A stretch of DNA of 64,000 bases from Octopus sinensis (lineage: Eukaryota): positions 97,526,001-97,590,000 of the forward strand of contig NC_043005.1 of the NCBI RefSeq assembly GCF_006345805.1. Reading direction: 5' to 3'. A model generated the notes under the pieces. That model saw nothing but the letters and a program-made list of their open reading frames with translations, was not told the origin of the DNA and searched no databases. The translations under genes were made by a program, and so were the position numbers. Below are positions 1-12,230 of the stretch, piece by piece (the first letter of the stretch is position 1; each line of letters opens with the position of its first letter).

Positions 1-262
1 CCAACACTCCATGAGTGAATTTACTGGACAGAGTCTGCACGGAAGCCCATCATGTGTGTGTATGAATAATGTGACTGTGTTTGTGCTTTTCCCCACCCCA
101 CTTCCTGTTTGATAACTGGTGTTGGTTTGGTTACATCCTTGATAGAGCAAATATCAGACACTAAAAATAAGTACTGAGGTTGATTTGTTTGATTAAACCC
201 TTCAGGGTAGTTCATTAGCATGGCCGCAGTCCAATGAATGAAACGAGTGAACGGTAAGATAA
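1..262 (+). mobile_element. tRNA-derived SINE family 1 (octopus OR/CORE-like), 3' part
   Basis: Shares gtgaattt..., agcatggccgcagtc..aatga..gaaac tail with the copy at 31790. Confidence 0.7.
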
Positions 263-3200
263 AGTGTTACGGGTATTAAAGGTTGCTGTGGTGTGACTTT
301 ACCCGACACTTTAATAGCAGCAGAATTTTCCAACATAGATTCATGTTTATTGTCTCCCTCTAAGAGGCACTGTCGATGAGATGTCATGGTGTTCATCCCT
401 TGTTTGGTATTAAGTCATTGAGAGAAAACAGTCTTTTCTCTGTAGGAATGCCTGTTCATCGCAAATTTTAAGATTTTCAATACTTTGCAGTTCTACCGTG
501 CTCCTGCTTTCTGCTTACAAGAGGGCAGTGCTGTGCCTTACCATTGTATCAGGTCATAGTTCAGTGAAGCGAGTGATTGATCGTTAAGAATGAATGCTGA
601 AGACACCCACTGTTTATATATTATTAGTACTAATATACTGTAGACTGGTGATAGTAAGTTGTTAATCCGGCTTGTGACACTCTCTTTGCATCACTGATAA
701 GAGATAGGTATCCAAACCCTTAGTATTTAGAGTGAGTGGTTATTTGTGTGTAGTGAGAGATAGATAAGTCATGTATCAAACTGGTTATATATACTGACAA
801 TAATTTTATATATTTGAGATATAAACTATCATCTTGTGTCTTGATAAAGTCTGATTGCTGTCAGTACAGATCTTTGTTTGGTATTGATTTGCATAACTGC
901 AGTTTAGTTGTTTGTTGCGTACCCCATTATCAGCTGCTTATCAGTTGATCATTTCTTGCAAACTGGGTATTCTATTGCTAATCTTGTGCTCAGTTGATCA
1001 TTGTCTTGTGTCAATAATCACATTGTTAAATGAGTCATATTAGCAGTACTGTTAATGACTTTTAAATGTGTAGCTCAATGTTGTTGGCCTTGCATCCAAC
1101 TTCACGTCTGACATGATTCTTAAGCCTATATCAGGTCTGATTGGGCAGAATGATCAGATGTTCCAACTATGGCTAGATTTTTTTCTTTCTTTCACACATG
1201 GTCTATCTGATATGGAAATTTGAGTGCTATTTCTAGCTGATCAGATTACTGTGTAATGGCATCCTCATTGACTCAATATGATTAGAATGTATTTATTTTG
1301 TGACCCTGTATTTCACCTCTCTTGATTGACTTTTTGTTTTTAATATTGATTTTGATATATGGAAGTACTGCAAGGACAGTAATAGAGATAGGAAGGATCT
1401 TGGCAGGGTTTCCTTATTTTTTTATTTGTTGTTTTGTTTTATAAGAAGCAGTTGTGTTCATGGCCTTCATAGGCTTTTGAGATTGGTGAGAGTGATGCAG
1501 CTGACACTGTTCTTCTCGAGTAACTGATTGGTGCATGAAAACATGGACAGAGAGGAAGGTAGATAATTCCAGAAGGATGACATCCTGAAGAGGAAGGACT
1601 GGGTAGAGTAATTAGTACAAAGCTTGAGATAAGATAGTGAGCACAACATAGGTGACAAGTAAGCTGGATGGTTCTGTGTGAAGGTGGTATGAGATCATAG
1701 TAGAAGAGGCAGTGAAGAATGTGGGCCAGAGTTTGAGTAGCCTTTTTTTTTTTTTTTAGATTACATTTAATTTATGTTTATCCGGAGAGTGAGACACTTC
1801 AAATTCTGATTGAAGTAATTTCCTTTTAATTTCTGTACTTTTCTTGAATACAATATTTATAGACAATGGAATTGCAGAATCGGTAGAGCATCGGATACCT
1901 ACAGTATTTAGTTATGGTTTCATGTGGCATTTGCATTCTTCATTTTGGCTTTGTGCATTCTGGTTCCAGTTCCTGTTATGGTCAGCTTTGGCTTTTCTTT
2001 CATCTTTCTGGGGTTGATAAAGTATCAATCCAGCACAGTGGATCGGTGCCATTAGATGCCTTTTAGTATTTAGTCCATCTCTTTACATTCTAATGTCAAA
2101 TCCTGCAACAGTTTACTTTAGTGATAGACTTAATCTGTCCCCCAGTTTAACACTACTACCTGATTCTTGGGCACCTTTAGTGGACTCCATTCTGTTGTGA
2201 GCGTTCTGGACAGATATGTTCCTTCCTGCCTTCCCACTAGTCCCAGAGTCCCTAAAAAGCATCATGGACATTGCCCTTCTCTCTTGAAACAATTCATTTA
2301 GGTAATGAGGTTCTCCAGGCGGTTGTTTGTAAACTGACTCCTTTACATGTGCACATGATCACCTATTTGTTGGAGGCTAGAGTATTGTTAGTAGACCCTG
2401 CTTCTGTAATATGACTGATATTTATTTTAGTTGGTTCTGGTGGCTTGATGATAAACAGTGAATCCTAGTGATTTGAACTCAAAATGCAAGAGAACTAAAT
2501 ACTAAAATTCCTTGTCTACTGGCTACAGTTATGCCACCATTTCCCTGTTGTATCCCTTAAAAAAAAAATTTTTTTTAAATTTACTATCTAGACAAAACTT
2601 TATAAATATTGATTTTAAAGAAAAACCTTATCAGTAAAACACTGTGCCACAAATTCTGTTATGACAGGTCATGCTGTGCTTTTAAAGGCCTTTAAGATAA
2701 AATATCACATACTTGTAAAGCAGTTCAGGGTTGGCAACAGAACATCCAGCTGTAAAAATCAGGCCTATAGATTTTAAAACAAGTTGCTTATCTCTTGGCC
2801 AGTTCTTACCTAGCAGGCTTTTGATCTAAGACATTCTGGCCATGACCATCCCTGTCCTATTATTTAGCATGTATATGACTGCATCTAATGTACCATCCTT
2901 TTTTAAGATGGTAACATTTGACGTGAGGAAATTTGAATGCTACTTCTCACAGGCCAGGCGACCACATTGAGGTTCTGTGTGAAAAGGTTTGGGGAAGTAT
3001 CCATTTTACCAAATTCCTTCTTCCAAATTCTATTTGCTTTTCCAAATTGATAGATACCCACAATGAGTGTATTCCCTATTGATCAGGCTCATTGAACTGT
3101 TATATTGCATATAGATTTACATAGAGAACACTTAGAGTAACCTCCAAGAGTCAGTGCGGATGGTTCTGTGTTATTATTTGTACATGGATATGTGCCATCA

Positions 3201-3569
3201 CTCTTATCAGATAATGGATCTCTAATTGTCTGAGGTGATGCAAGTTTCCAAGCAATATGTATAACATGTCATTATCTACAAATGAGAAAATATTATACCA
3301 GATAGTCGTAGTTGTTATATTAGAACAGTGAAGGTTAATGACACTGAATAGTTTATAAAGAACCATAGAGGATGAAATGTCAATAGCTTGTTACCAACAG
3401 TGAATTCATGGCTGTAAAATTCTCTCAATCATTTTTTGTTTTTGTTCTTTTCTTATTCAAATGGAATTTGTTGATTGAACATGTTTTAATGCATATAGCA
3501 TTAAAGGTTTATTTCCCTCGGCTTTTAAAACTGTTACGCTTCTGTTAAGGTAGATTTTAAAATATATAT

Positions 3570-3750
3570 ATCATCGTCATTGTTTAATGGTTTTCCCATT
3601 CTGACATGGGTTGGATGGTTTGACAAGAGCTGCACCAGGTTCCATTGTCTGTTTTGGCATGGTTCCGATGGCTGAATGCCCTTCCTAAAGCTATCCACTT
3701 TACAGAGTGTACTGGATACATTTTAAGTGGCACCAGCACTGACAGTCAAC
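3570..3750 (-). mobile_element. (GAT)n-tailed dispersed repeat, family 3
   Basis: catc..gtttaa..catgggttggatgg..atgcccttcctaa motif seen more than 12 times in the window. Confidence 0.7.
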
Positions 3751-3851
3751 AAGTACTTTGCAAGGCAAAAACCCTTCAACTGGGAGGAGCGATTAGTATT
3801 GAGGGTGTGTGGCTTTGTGCCAACTGAGAGTCTAAAGGTATAGAGAGACTG

Positions 3852-4085
3852 AAGGTGGCAAGCTGGCAGAAATGTTAGCACGCCGGGCGAAATGCTCAGA
3901 GATATTTCGTCTGCCACTACATTCTGAGTTCAAATTCCGCTGAGGTCGACTTTGTCTTTCATCCTTTCAGGGTCGATAAATTAAGTACCAGTTACGCACT
4001 GGGGTCGACATAATCGACTTAATCCCATTGTCTGTCCTTGTTTGTTCCCTCTGTTTAGCCCCTTGTGGGTAGTAAAGAAATAGGT
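3852..4085 (+). mobile_element. tRNA-derived SINE family 2 (Meta/MESC-like core), full length
   Basis: A-box-like TGGCAGAAATGTTAG, B-box GAGTTCAAATTCC, core GAGGTCGACTTTGYCTTTCATCCTTTC.GGGTCGAT; diverged TSD (15/17) at 3836-3852 and 4082-4098. Confidence 0.8.
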
Positions 4086-5204
4086 ATAGATAGACAGATA
4101 GGTGTCTTGCTGTGGAGTTAATACATGGATACCTCAGATGGAAAAGTAAGGAGAGTGAGTTAGAGAGTAAGATAAAGAGAGCAATAGTGAGAGAGATGAT
4201 GGTAAAGATGTATTGAGACATGCCCTGAAGGGACATTGGGAACAGTGAGAATAGGTTTGGACTGGGTGAGTGGACGGGATTGAGGTGAACGTAGCAAATG
4301 ATGGAAAGAAATATAAGAGAAGCCATGGGGCAGGGTTTGCAGTAAATATTGAGGATGATAGCAGGTAAGTGAGGTGTTTGAGGTGTTAATGATGGAAATC
4401 AGCATGGAGGAGGGGAGGCATGGAAGATGATTGGTGGAGGCAGGTGGTGGTGGTGGTGGGGGGGGAAGACAGTAGGAAATGAAAGTGGGTTGAGGTGGGG
4501 GAAGAAAGGTAAATGAGAAAGTTGGGAGATGCAATAAACGTCTCTTCTGTTCTCAGGTAATAGAGAATTGATGGGTGTTAGGGAATGGAATGTGTGTGTG
4601 TGTGTGTATGGGGGGTGGTAAATGATTGACAGAGCAGAGAGTTGGGGTGGGGCAGATATCCCTTCATGGACAAGCATTTTAGGATATCAGTTCTGTTGTC
4701 ATGGACGGGTCTTCTTGGGTACAGCAAGGCACTAGATATCTTTCTCCATTCACCAACCATTACCAATGCCAACATCATTGCCACCACCACCACCACCACA
4801 ATAATTGCTACTAGTTTTCCTTACCTTTTGTATTAATATATGGATGTTTAGATGGATTTCCTTTCACTTTCAACCAAATTAATTTTAATTGGTTTAATGG
4901 TTTTCATTTTGCGATTTGCACTAACAAACCTCCCTTTTTTTCTTGTCTCCACATTTTCATCAATTTTGCAAATTTAAGCATTTATTGAAGAAGTTATTGT
5001 TGTCTAACTGTACATAAGTTCTCACTGACATATAAGATATGATTTGAGAGAGATTTGACTGTTATTTGTAATAGGTTTTGTGTCTATAGAAGTTCCCTCA
5101 TTGCCAATATTCCATTGTGATAGGGACAACCTATGATCAAGTCAAATGATCTGAGGTCTATAGCTCATGAATAAAACAGCTGCAGTAAAGAATGAAAAGT
5201 GAAC

Positions 5205-5647
5205 CAAATTCAATGTCTGGCACCCATGCCAGTGGAGCGCTAACAGCTCCATCCAAGTGGGGTCACTGCCAGAACAGCTGTCTGGCATGTAAAGAGAACC
5301 ATTTGAGCGTGATCGTTGTCAGCATCGCTTCACTGGCATGTGAGCAAAACATTCGAGCGAGGTCGTTGCCAGTGCTGCTGGACTGACTCCTGTGCAGGTG
5401 GCATGTAAAAAAACACCATTTTCGAGTGTGGCCGTTGCCAGTACTGCCTGACTGGCCCTCATGCCAGTGGCACTTTAAAAGCACCCACTACACTCTCAGA
5501 GTGGTTGGTGTTAGGAAGGGCATCCAGCTGTAGAAACTCTGCCAGATCAAGATTGGATCCTGGTGCAGCCATCTGGTTTGCCAGCCCTCAGTCAAAATCG
5601 TCCAACCCATGCTAGCATGGAAAGCAGACGTTAAATGATGATGATGA
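5205..5647 (+). mobile_element. (GAT)n-tailed repeat family 3, near full length
   Basis: Ends ...CCATGCTAGCATGGAAAGCAGACGTTAAAT(GAT)n; near-identical to the reverse complement of 55831-55990. Confidence 0.8.
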
Positions 5648-6060
5648 GTTGAATGTGATCTGTGTGCTGTATGTTTAACTTAGATGAAAAGTGGAGCCCA
5701 GCTGAGGTTAGCTGAAGGGAGCAGCTGAACATTAAAAGGTTTCATCGAAAACTCTGCCGGAGTGAGGTGTGAGATGATTTGTGACATAGATTTATAATAT
5801 GGATGGAAAATGAATATGAGGTGCTACTACAGAGTTTCTGTGGCATAGGATGTCCAAGGAAGATGTTGGAGGAAGTAATGAGGTTAGATCACAGGATGCC
5901 AAACTATTTTGAACCGTGCTGGAAAAGAAAAGATAAATAAATAGATTCTCATTATTAAAACTTTAATAACAAACCTGTTGTCAAGTTATCCTTTATTAAT
6001 GATTATCCAACTCATAATTGTCGTAGCCAGAATAATAACTTCAATGTTTTTACTTTACAG

Positions 6061-6171
6061 ACTACAAGGGAGGAATTTGATACACATGAATACTGTGTGA
6101 GGCGTAGATACAATGACTTTGTATGGTTACGTCAGAGATTGGAAGATGGTTATCCGACACATTTGGTGCCT
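6061..6171 (+). CDS. SNX30: SNX exon (PX domain, TTREEF...THLVP)
   Basis: tttacag|ACT ... CCT|gtaagt, 111 nt, phase 0-0, RRRYNDF motif. Confidence 0.93.
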
Positions 6172-9100
6172 GTAAGTAGAAAACATTTCTTCACTTTTCG
6201 TAGACATACATAAAATATCAGCATTTCATACATCAGATATTGATGTAATCATACATACAATATAGGCATGTGTTATAAATGCAATATAGTCATGGATGCC
6301 ATACATACCTTATAGAGATGTGTGTATATACAGTATGTGTATGTTGCATATACAATATAAATGTGTGTGTTGTACGTACAATATAAACATGCATGTTTAT
6401 GTATAGTATGTTAGGTGGGTAAAAAAGTCTTGTTGCATTTCAAAATAGAAAAGAAAGTAATGATTCTTTGGTCTTAACTGATATCAAGATATTTCCCCTT
6501 ATTATTGTTAACATAATCCCATTTATTTGGAAATTGTTAATCCCTCAAATGTAAAATTCTTCAGCTTTTAAAGCGAAGAAACAATCAGTATGTTTTTTTA
6601 ATCTCTTCACAATTAATAAACTGTTTTGTCTCTAAATATTGTTGCAGTGATCTGAGAAAATGAAAATATGATGGAGCAAGGTCAGGAGAATAATTATTTA
6701 GTGCCATAATCTTTTCCTGAGTGACTTAGGCAATATATGGTCTTGCGTTATTGTGTAAGAGCAACACTCTTTCATGACTGACTCATGAAGAATGCTTTTT
6801 CTGAAATTTTTTATGCAATTCTTCCAGTTGGTGATAATACTTCCCATTAACCATTTTGTTTTGTTTCACACTTCATGATAGATGACCCCTTTTACATTCT
6901 ACGAAACCCAGAGCATAACTTCTTTCACGTTTAGTCTTGATTTAAGGATAGATTCTCCTTTTTTCGTTGGGTGTTAACTATGATTATAGAGAACCTATTT
7001 TTCGTCACTTGTGATATTTCTCTCTAGGAAAGGTCCGGAAGCATTTCTACTCTTCAATGTTAAGCATGGGCAACTCTTTAAGCTGAGGAGCAGTCAGATG
7101 ACCACAAATTTAGACACTTTTCCTATATTTCTGAAGATCCTTTTGATTGAAGTGTGACTTGACTTCAGTTGTTTTGCCAATTCTTAAGCAGTTTTTTTTA
7201 TTGGATTTTCAACTACAATTTTCAGAAGCTTGATATTAGCAAATTGGTCATCTGGATCAAGGGAAATCTATGAGTAAAAATATACCATTGCTGGTATATC
7301 CAAACACTTAAAATTTCTTTTCCATAGATAGAATGAATATTTCTTGTCACTACCATTGCTTAAGAGTCCATTTTGAATTTAAACAGCATGCAGTGACAGA
7401 TACAGATCTAATCTAAACAAATTTTAAAGGGTAAAAGTAATACAGATTTAACCACTGTGGTATAAAACAATCTGCTATGAAAGAACAATATATTTGTGTT
7501 ACTGTAAGTATTGAAAATGTACCCTCAGAATGATCATTTCAAAAATGTGACGGAACCTTCTAAACTAATAGATATGTATGTTGTACGTAAAATACAAACA
7601 TGAGAGATAACGATCAAGATACGAAAAATGTTTTGGTCATTACAGAATCCATCATCTTAAGTTGTTCAATTGTTTTTTCATAAATATTTGATGATCTTGG
7701 GTTATGAGAGTAATGTAAAATATATAATTATATTTTCATCACTGTACATTTCTTTTTAATCATACCACAAACTCGAACTTGGAACTTGTATAATAAATGT
7801 GACAACATCTTGTTTTATTTTCAGCCTCTGCCTGCTAAACACAGCCTACGGCGTTTGGACCGTTTCAGTTCTGAGTTTCTACGAGTTCGACAACAAGCAT
7901 TACAGAAATTCCTCACCCGAATCGCTGATCATCCAGTCTTGTCCTTTGATAAACATTTTCATGTATTTCTCACTGCTAAAGCTTGGGTAAGACTTCCTTC
8001 CTTCTCCCTCCCTCTCTCTCTCTAGTTGTCTCATTATTTTTTACCTCTCCCCATTTTTGTCCTCTACTCTGTACACTTTGAATCAAACTCAGTTGTGCAA
8101 TTCACAGAATTTTTTCCTAATATGCATCTGTGGTTGCTGAAAGTTGTATATAAAGTGAGTTTTGTTTTCTCCTTACATCAAACAAATTAAGAAGTTTTAA
8201 GCAATTGTAAAATATTGTATAAATACATCCCTAGCAAGCGTGCTTGCTGTGCTGCAATGTGGAAATATTTCTAGTGCTAGTGCATGCATATACAGCTGCA
8301 TGCATGCACACTACATGCGAGTACTGTCCAAATCTCCGACCAATCACATACAGCTAGCTGGCATTCAATTGGCGTATCAAGTTTCGGGCATTTTGATTGG
8401 GTTTTGGATAGAAAATTCACAAAAAAGTCACTTCTATTGATTTTTTAATGGCTTTGCAGGGTGACTGGGGAAATGTAAAGATGTGCACGACCACCCTTGG
8501 ACGATTTGGAATGACCATAGAAAGTGCGAGCCCTCTAACTGAAAAATTGTGGATTTGTATAAAGGACACACACACACACACAGACATTTTGCCGTTTATA
8601 TATCATATGAAACCATTTTAACTCCAATCCTTTATTTCAAAAACTTAAGTCACCAAATATATAATCATGCAACTGACTCCTACTCCCTAAAATTCGTGAG
8701 TTTGTTCCAAAATTTGGAACCATTATATCTTAATATAAGGTATTGTGATATTATTGTCAGGTCTGTAGTGCAGATGGTAATGTGCTGAGCAATGATTAAT
8801 TTCTATTTCTTTATTGCCCACAAGGAGCTAAACACAGAGGGGACAAACAGATTAAGTCAATTACATCGACCCCAATGCATAACTGGTACTTATTTAATCG
8901 ACCCCAAAGGATGAAAGGCAAAGTCAACCTCGGCGGAATTTGAACTCAGAACGCAGTGGTGGGCGAATTACCACAAAGCATTTCGCCTGGCGTGCTCACG
9001 TTTCTGCCAGCTCACCACCTTTGTGCTGAGCAATGATTAATTTCATTGATTAATGACTGAGTTTAAATCTTGAGTCACCTTCGTCACATTTTATCCCACT

Positions 9101-12100
9101 GTTGGTCTGCAGGAAATTCAGTTCCATAGGTTACAGCTTCTCCGACACATCATCTGCATATGTTTGTGTCAGTACAAATTACATTATGCAATGAAAATTA
9201 ATTCAGGGTCAAGGACTCATAAACTGAGTTTTACTTAATTTTATGTCCTGTCTTGGTGAGAGATAATTAAAATCTCAGATGCTGACCATAACAGAGACAG
9301 GTAATATAGATTCTGTCAGTATAGAGTAATTATTAATATTTTGTGGTGTTTCAGGGTGCACCCTGATTAAGCAGACCCATGGTTAAAGCTCTAGGTCACA
9401 TCTTGATTAAGCAGACCCATGGTTAAAGCTCTAGGTCACGTCTTGATTAAGCAGACCCATGGTTAAAGCTCTAGGTCACGTCTTGATTAAGCAGACCCAT
9501 GGTTAAAGCTCTAGGTCACGTCTTGATTAAGCAGACCCATGGTTAAAGCTCTAGGTCACGTCTTGATTAAGCAGACCCATGGTTAAAGCTCTAGGTCACA
9601 TCTTGATTAAGCAGACCCATGGTTAAAGCTCTAGGTCACATTTTGATTAAGCAGACCCATGGTTAAAGCTCTAGGTCACATCTTGATTAAGCAGACCCAT
9701 GGTTAAAGCTCTAGGTCACGTCTTGATTAAGCAGACCCATGGTTAAAGCTCTAGGTCACGTCTTGATTAAGCAGACCCATGGTTAAAGCTCTAGGTCACG
9801 TCTTGATTAAGCAGACCCATGGTTAAAGCTCTAGGTCACATCTTGATTAAGCAGACCCATAAAGGGTAAAGAGAGGAAATAGCAGTGTACTACTAGATGT
9901 ATCCTTTTTTCTGCCTGAAGAATTTTGGTCCTGTTACTGATCTATTAACACTGCTATACTCACTTGACACTAACCAGGGGCTTTGTTAGTCTTGATATTT
10001 GTTTACCAGCTGCATGGGGTGAAGCAAGTGAAGTAAATTGCCTTGTTTAAGAGTACAATGCAGCTCCCAGTTTGAGAATTAAACCCACAAACTTATTGAG
10101 AGCCAAGTTATTTAACCACTATGCTATATGCCTTCTGCATTAATGTATTTGGTTTGAAATTTCAGGAATTCAATGCCCATAAAAAGAAAGGACAAGGTTT
10201 GATCAGCCGAGTCACCAACTCCCTTCACAACATAAGTGCTTCATACATGATGAAAAACCGGCCTCCTGAGTTTGCAGTGATGCATGACTACGTGCAGTCT
10301 TTTGGTGATAAACTTGCATCAGTAGATAGGATTACTCAGCGAATACTCAAAGAACAGAGTGGTAAGTAAGGCAGCTGGAATTCATTCTTCGTCTCACACC
10401 ATTGATTTGATTAGTTGAAAGATTCAGTTCCTGTAGAACAAGGATTATTCTTTTGTTGCTCGGCACCATCTTTCATGGAAAGGTGGTTTACAAGCATCCC
10501 TCTCCATGTTTTGCTAGAAAGGAAAAAAAGAGAAAAAGGAAAACCAAAACAACAGATTATTTTAATCAGACAGAGGCTAATTTTGCTTATGCTTTCCCAC
10601 AAAAGGTAAAGTTTCCTGCTAGAGTCATACTAACTCATAAGGGCTACTTTTTCCGGTTTCCATAGTGTATATATATTCCCCACTTGGATGAAACACTGGT
10701 CTGTTGCAGGATTATCCATTTAAAGTGTTTTTCTCAAGAACACAAGGCATCACTTGGTCCAGGAATTGAAACCACAATCTTACGATCACAAGTCCAGCAC
10801 CCTAACCACTAAGCTACTTGCCTCCACTACATGCTATCCCATCCATCCAGCACATACCTCTTATTAGTTATCACTTCCCCGCATTTTAAACTTTTATGAT
10901 ATAGCTGTGTGATTAATAAGCTCGTCTTCAAGCGTATAGTTTTGGGTTCAGTCCCACTATGTGGCACCTTGGATAAATATTTTCTATTATAGCCCTGGAC
11001 TAACCAAACACTTGTGAGTGGATTTGGTAGATGAAACTCTGTGTGTGTCCCTCTTGACAACTGACGTTGGTTTGTTTACATCCCTGTAACTAAGCAGTTT
11101 GGTAAAAGGGACCAATAAAATAGTACCAGATTTTAAAAAAAATAAGTACTAGCAGGTGATTTGTTTGATTAAACACTCTAACTCAGTGCCTCAGCATGGC
11201 TGTAGTCCAGTGACTGAAGCAAGTAAAGGATAAAAGATAATCTGCTCTGTAAAGCTGAGGAGTGATGTACCAAAAATATACGAGACCTTGGCACATTGTC
11301 AGGATTAAAATATAAGTTAAACTGACAAAGACGGGCTTTTGAAAATGTGTTTAAAAATTATTATACTTGGATTAGATATTTTTTAAAGAAAAATCATGAC
11401 CCATCTAAACGTTTAGTGCTTGCCCTCCCATAGTTATCCTTGACCTTCACAACTGCCTTGTAATCTCAACCCACCACTTTCACCAAAGGTAAATGCTTCT
11501 GCTCAGGTTAGGAACTGCTGATGTAGGCAATTTACAGGCCTCAATCATCATCATTGTTTTAACATCCACTTTTCCATGCTCATATGGGTTGAATGGAATT
11601 TGTTGAAGCAGATGTTCTATGGCTGGATGCATTTCCTGTTGCTAACCCTCACCTGTTTTCAAGCAAAGTAATATTTCCCTGTGACCAAGTAAATGAATAT
11701 AATATGACATATGTATGTATACATCATCATCATTTAAATCCGTTTTCCATGCTAGCATGGGTTGGACGGTTTGACCGGGGTCTGGTAAGCCATGGAGGCT
11801 GCACCAGGCCCTAGTTTGATTTGGCAGTGTTTCTACAGCTGGATGCCCTTCCTAATGCCAACCACTCCGTGAGTGTAGTGGGTGCTTTTTACGTGCCAGA
11901 TGAGGCTGGCAAACAGCCACGATCGGTTGGTGCTTTTACGTGTCACAGACGCCAGTCAGGTGGCGCTAGTATCTGCCACGTTCGGACGGTGCTTTTTACG
12001 TGTCACCGGCATGGGTGTCTTAACTACAATTTCCATCTGAATTTTTATTTTGATGTTGATGTACTTGACTCAATAGGTCTCCTCAAGAACAGCGGGTCAC

Positions 12101-12195
12101 TCTACGATCCAAGGTTAGCTCAGCAGGCCATCCTGCGAGCCATGAACTCCATTTGTCGGGTCTTCGAAGTCACAGCATATATATGTATGTATGTA

Positions 12196-12230
<35 letters not shown>

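Noticed and set aside
3967-4836. Several overlapping ORFs, some Pro/His-rich
   Set aside because: Strand-biased purine-rich decayed repeat and SINE sequence; no splice structure or recognisable domain
1-6060. Upstream SNX exon (start of PX domain)
   Set aside because: No in-frame candidate with PX beta-strand motifs was found; presumed to lie left of the window
9361-9860. CRISPR-like array
   Set aside because: Units are contiguous with no unique spacers, there are no cas genes, and the context is a eukaryotic intron; it is a minisatellite
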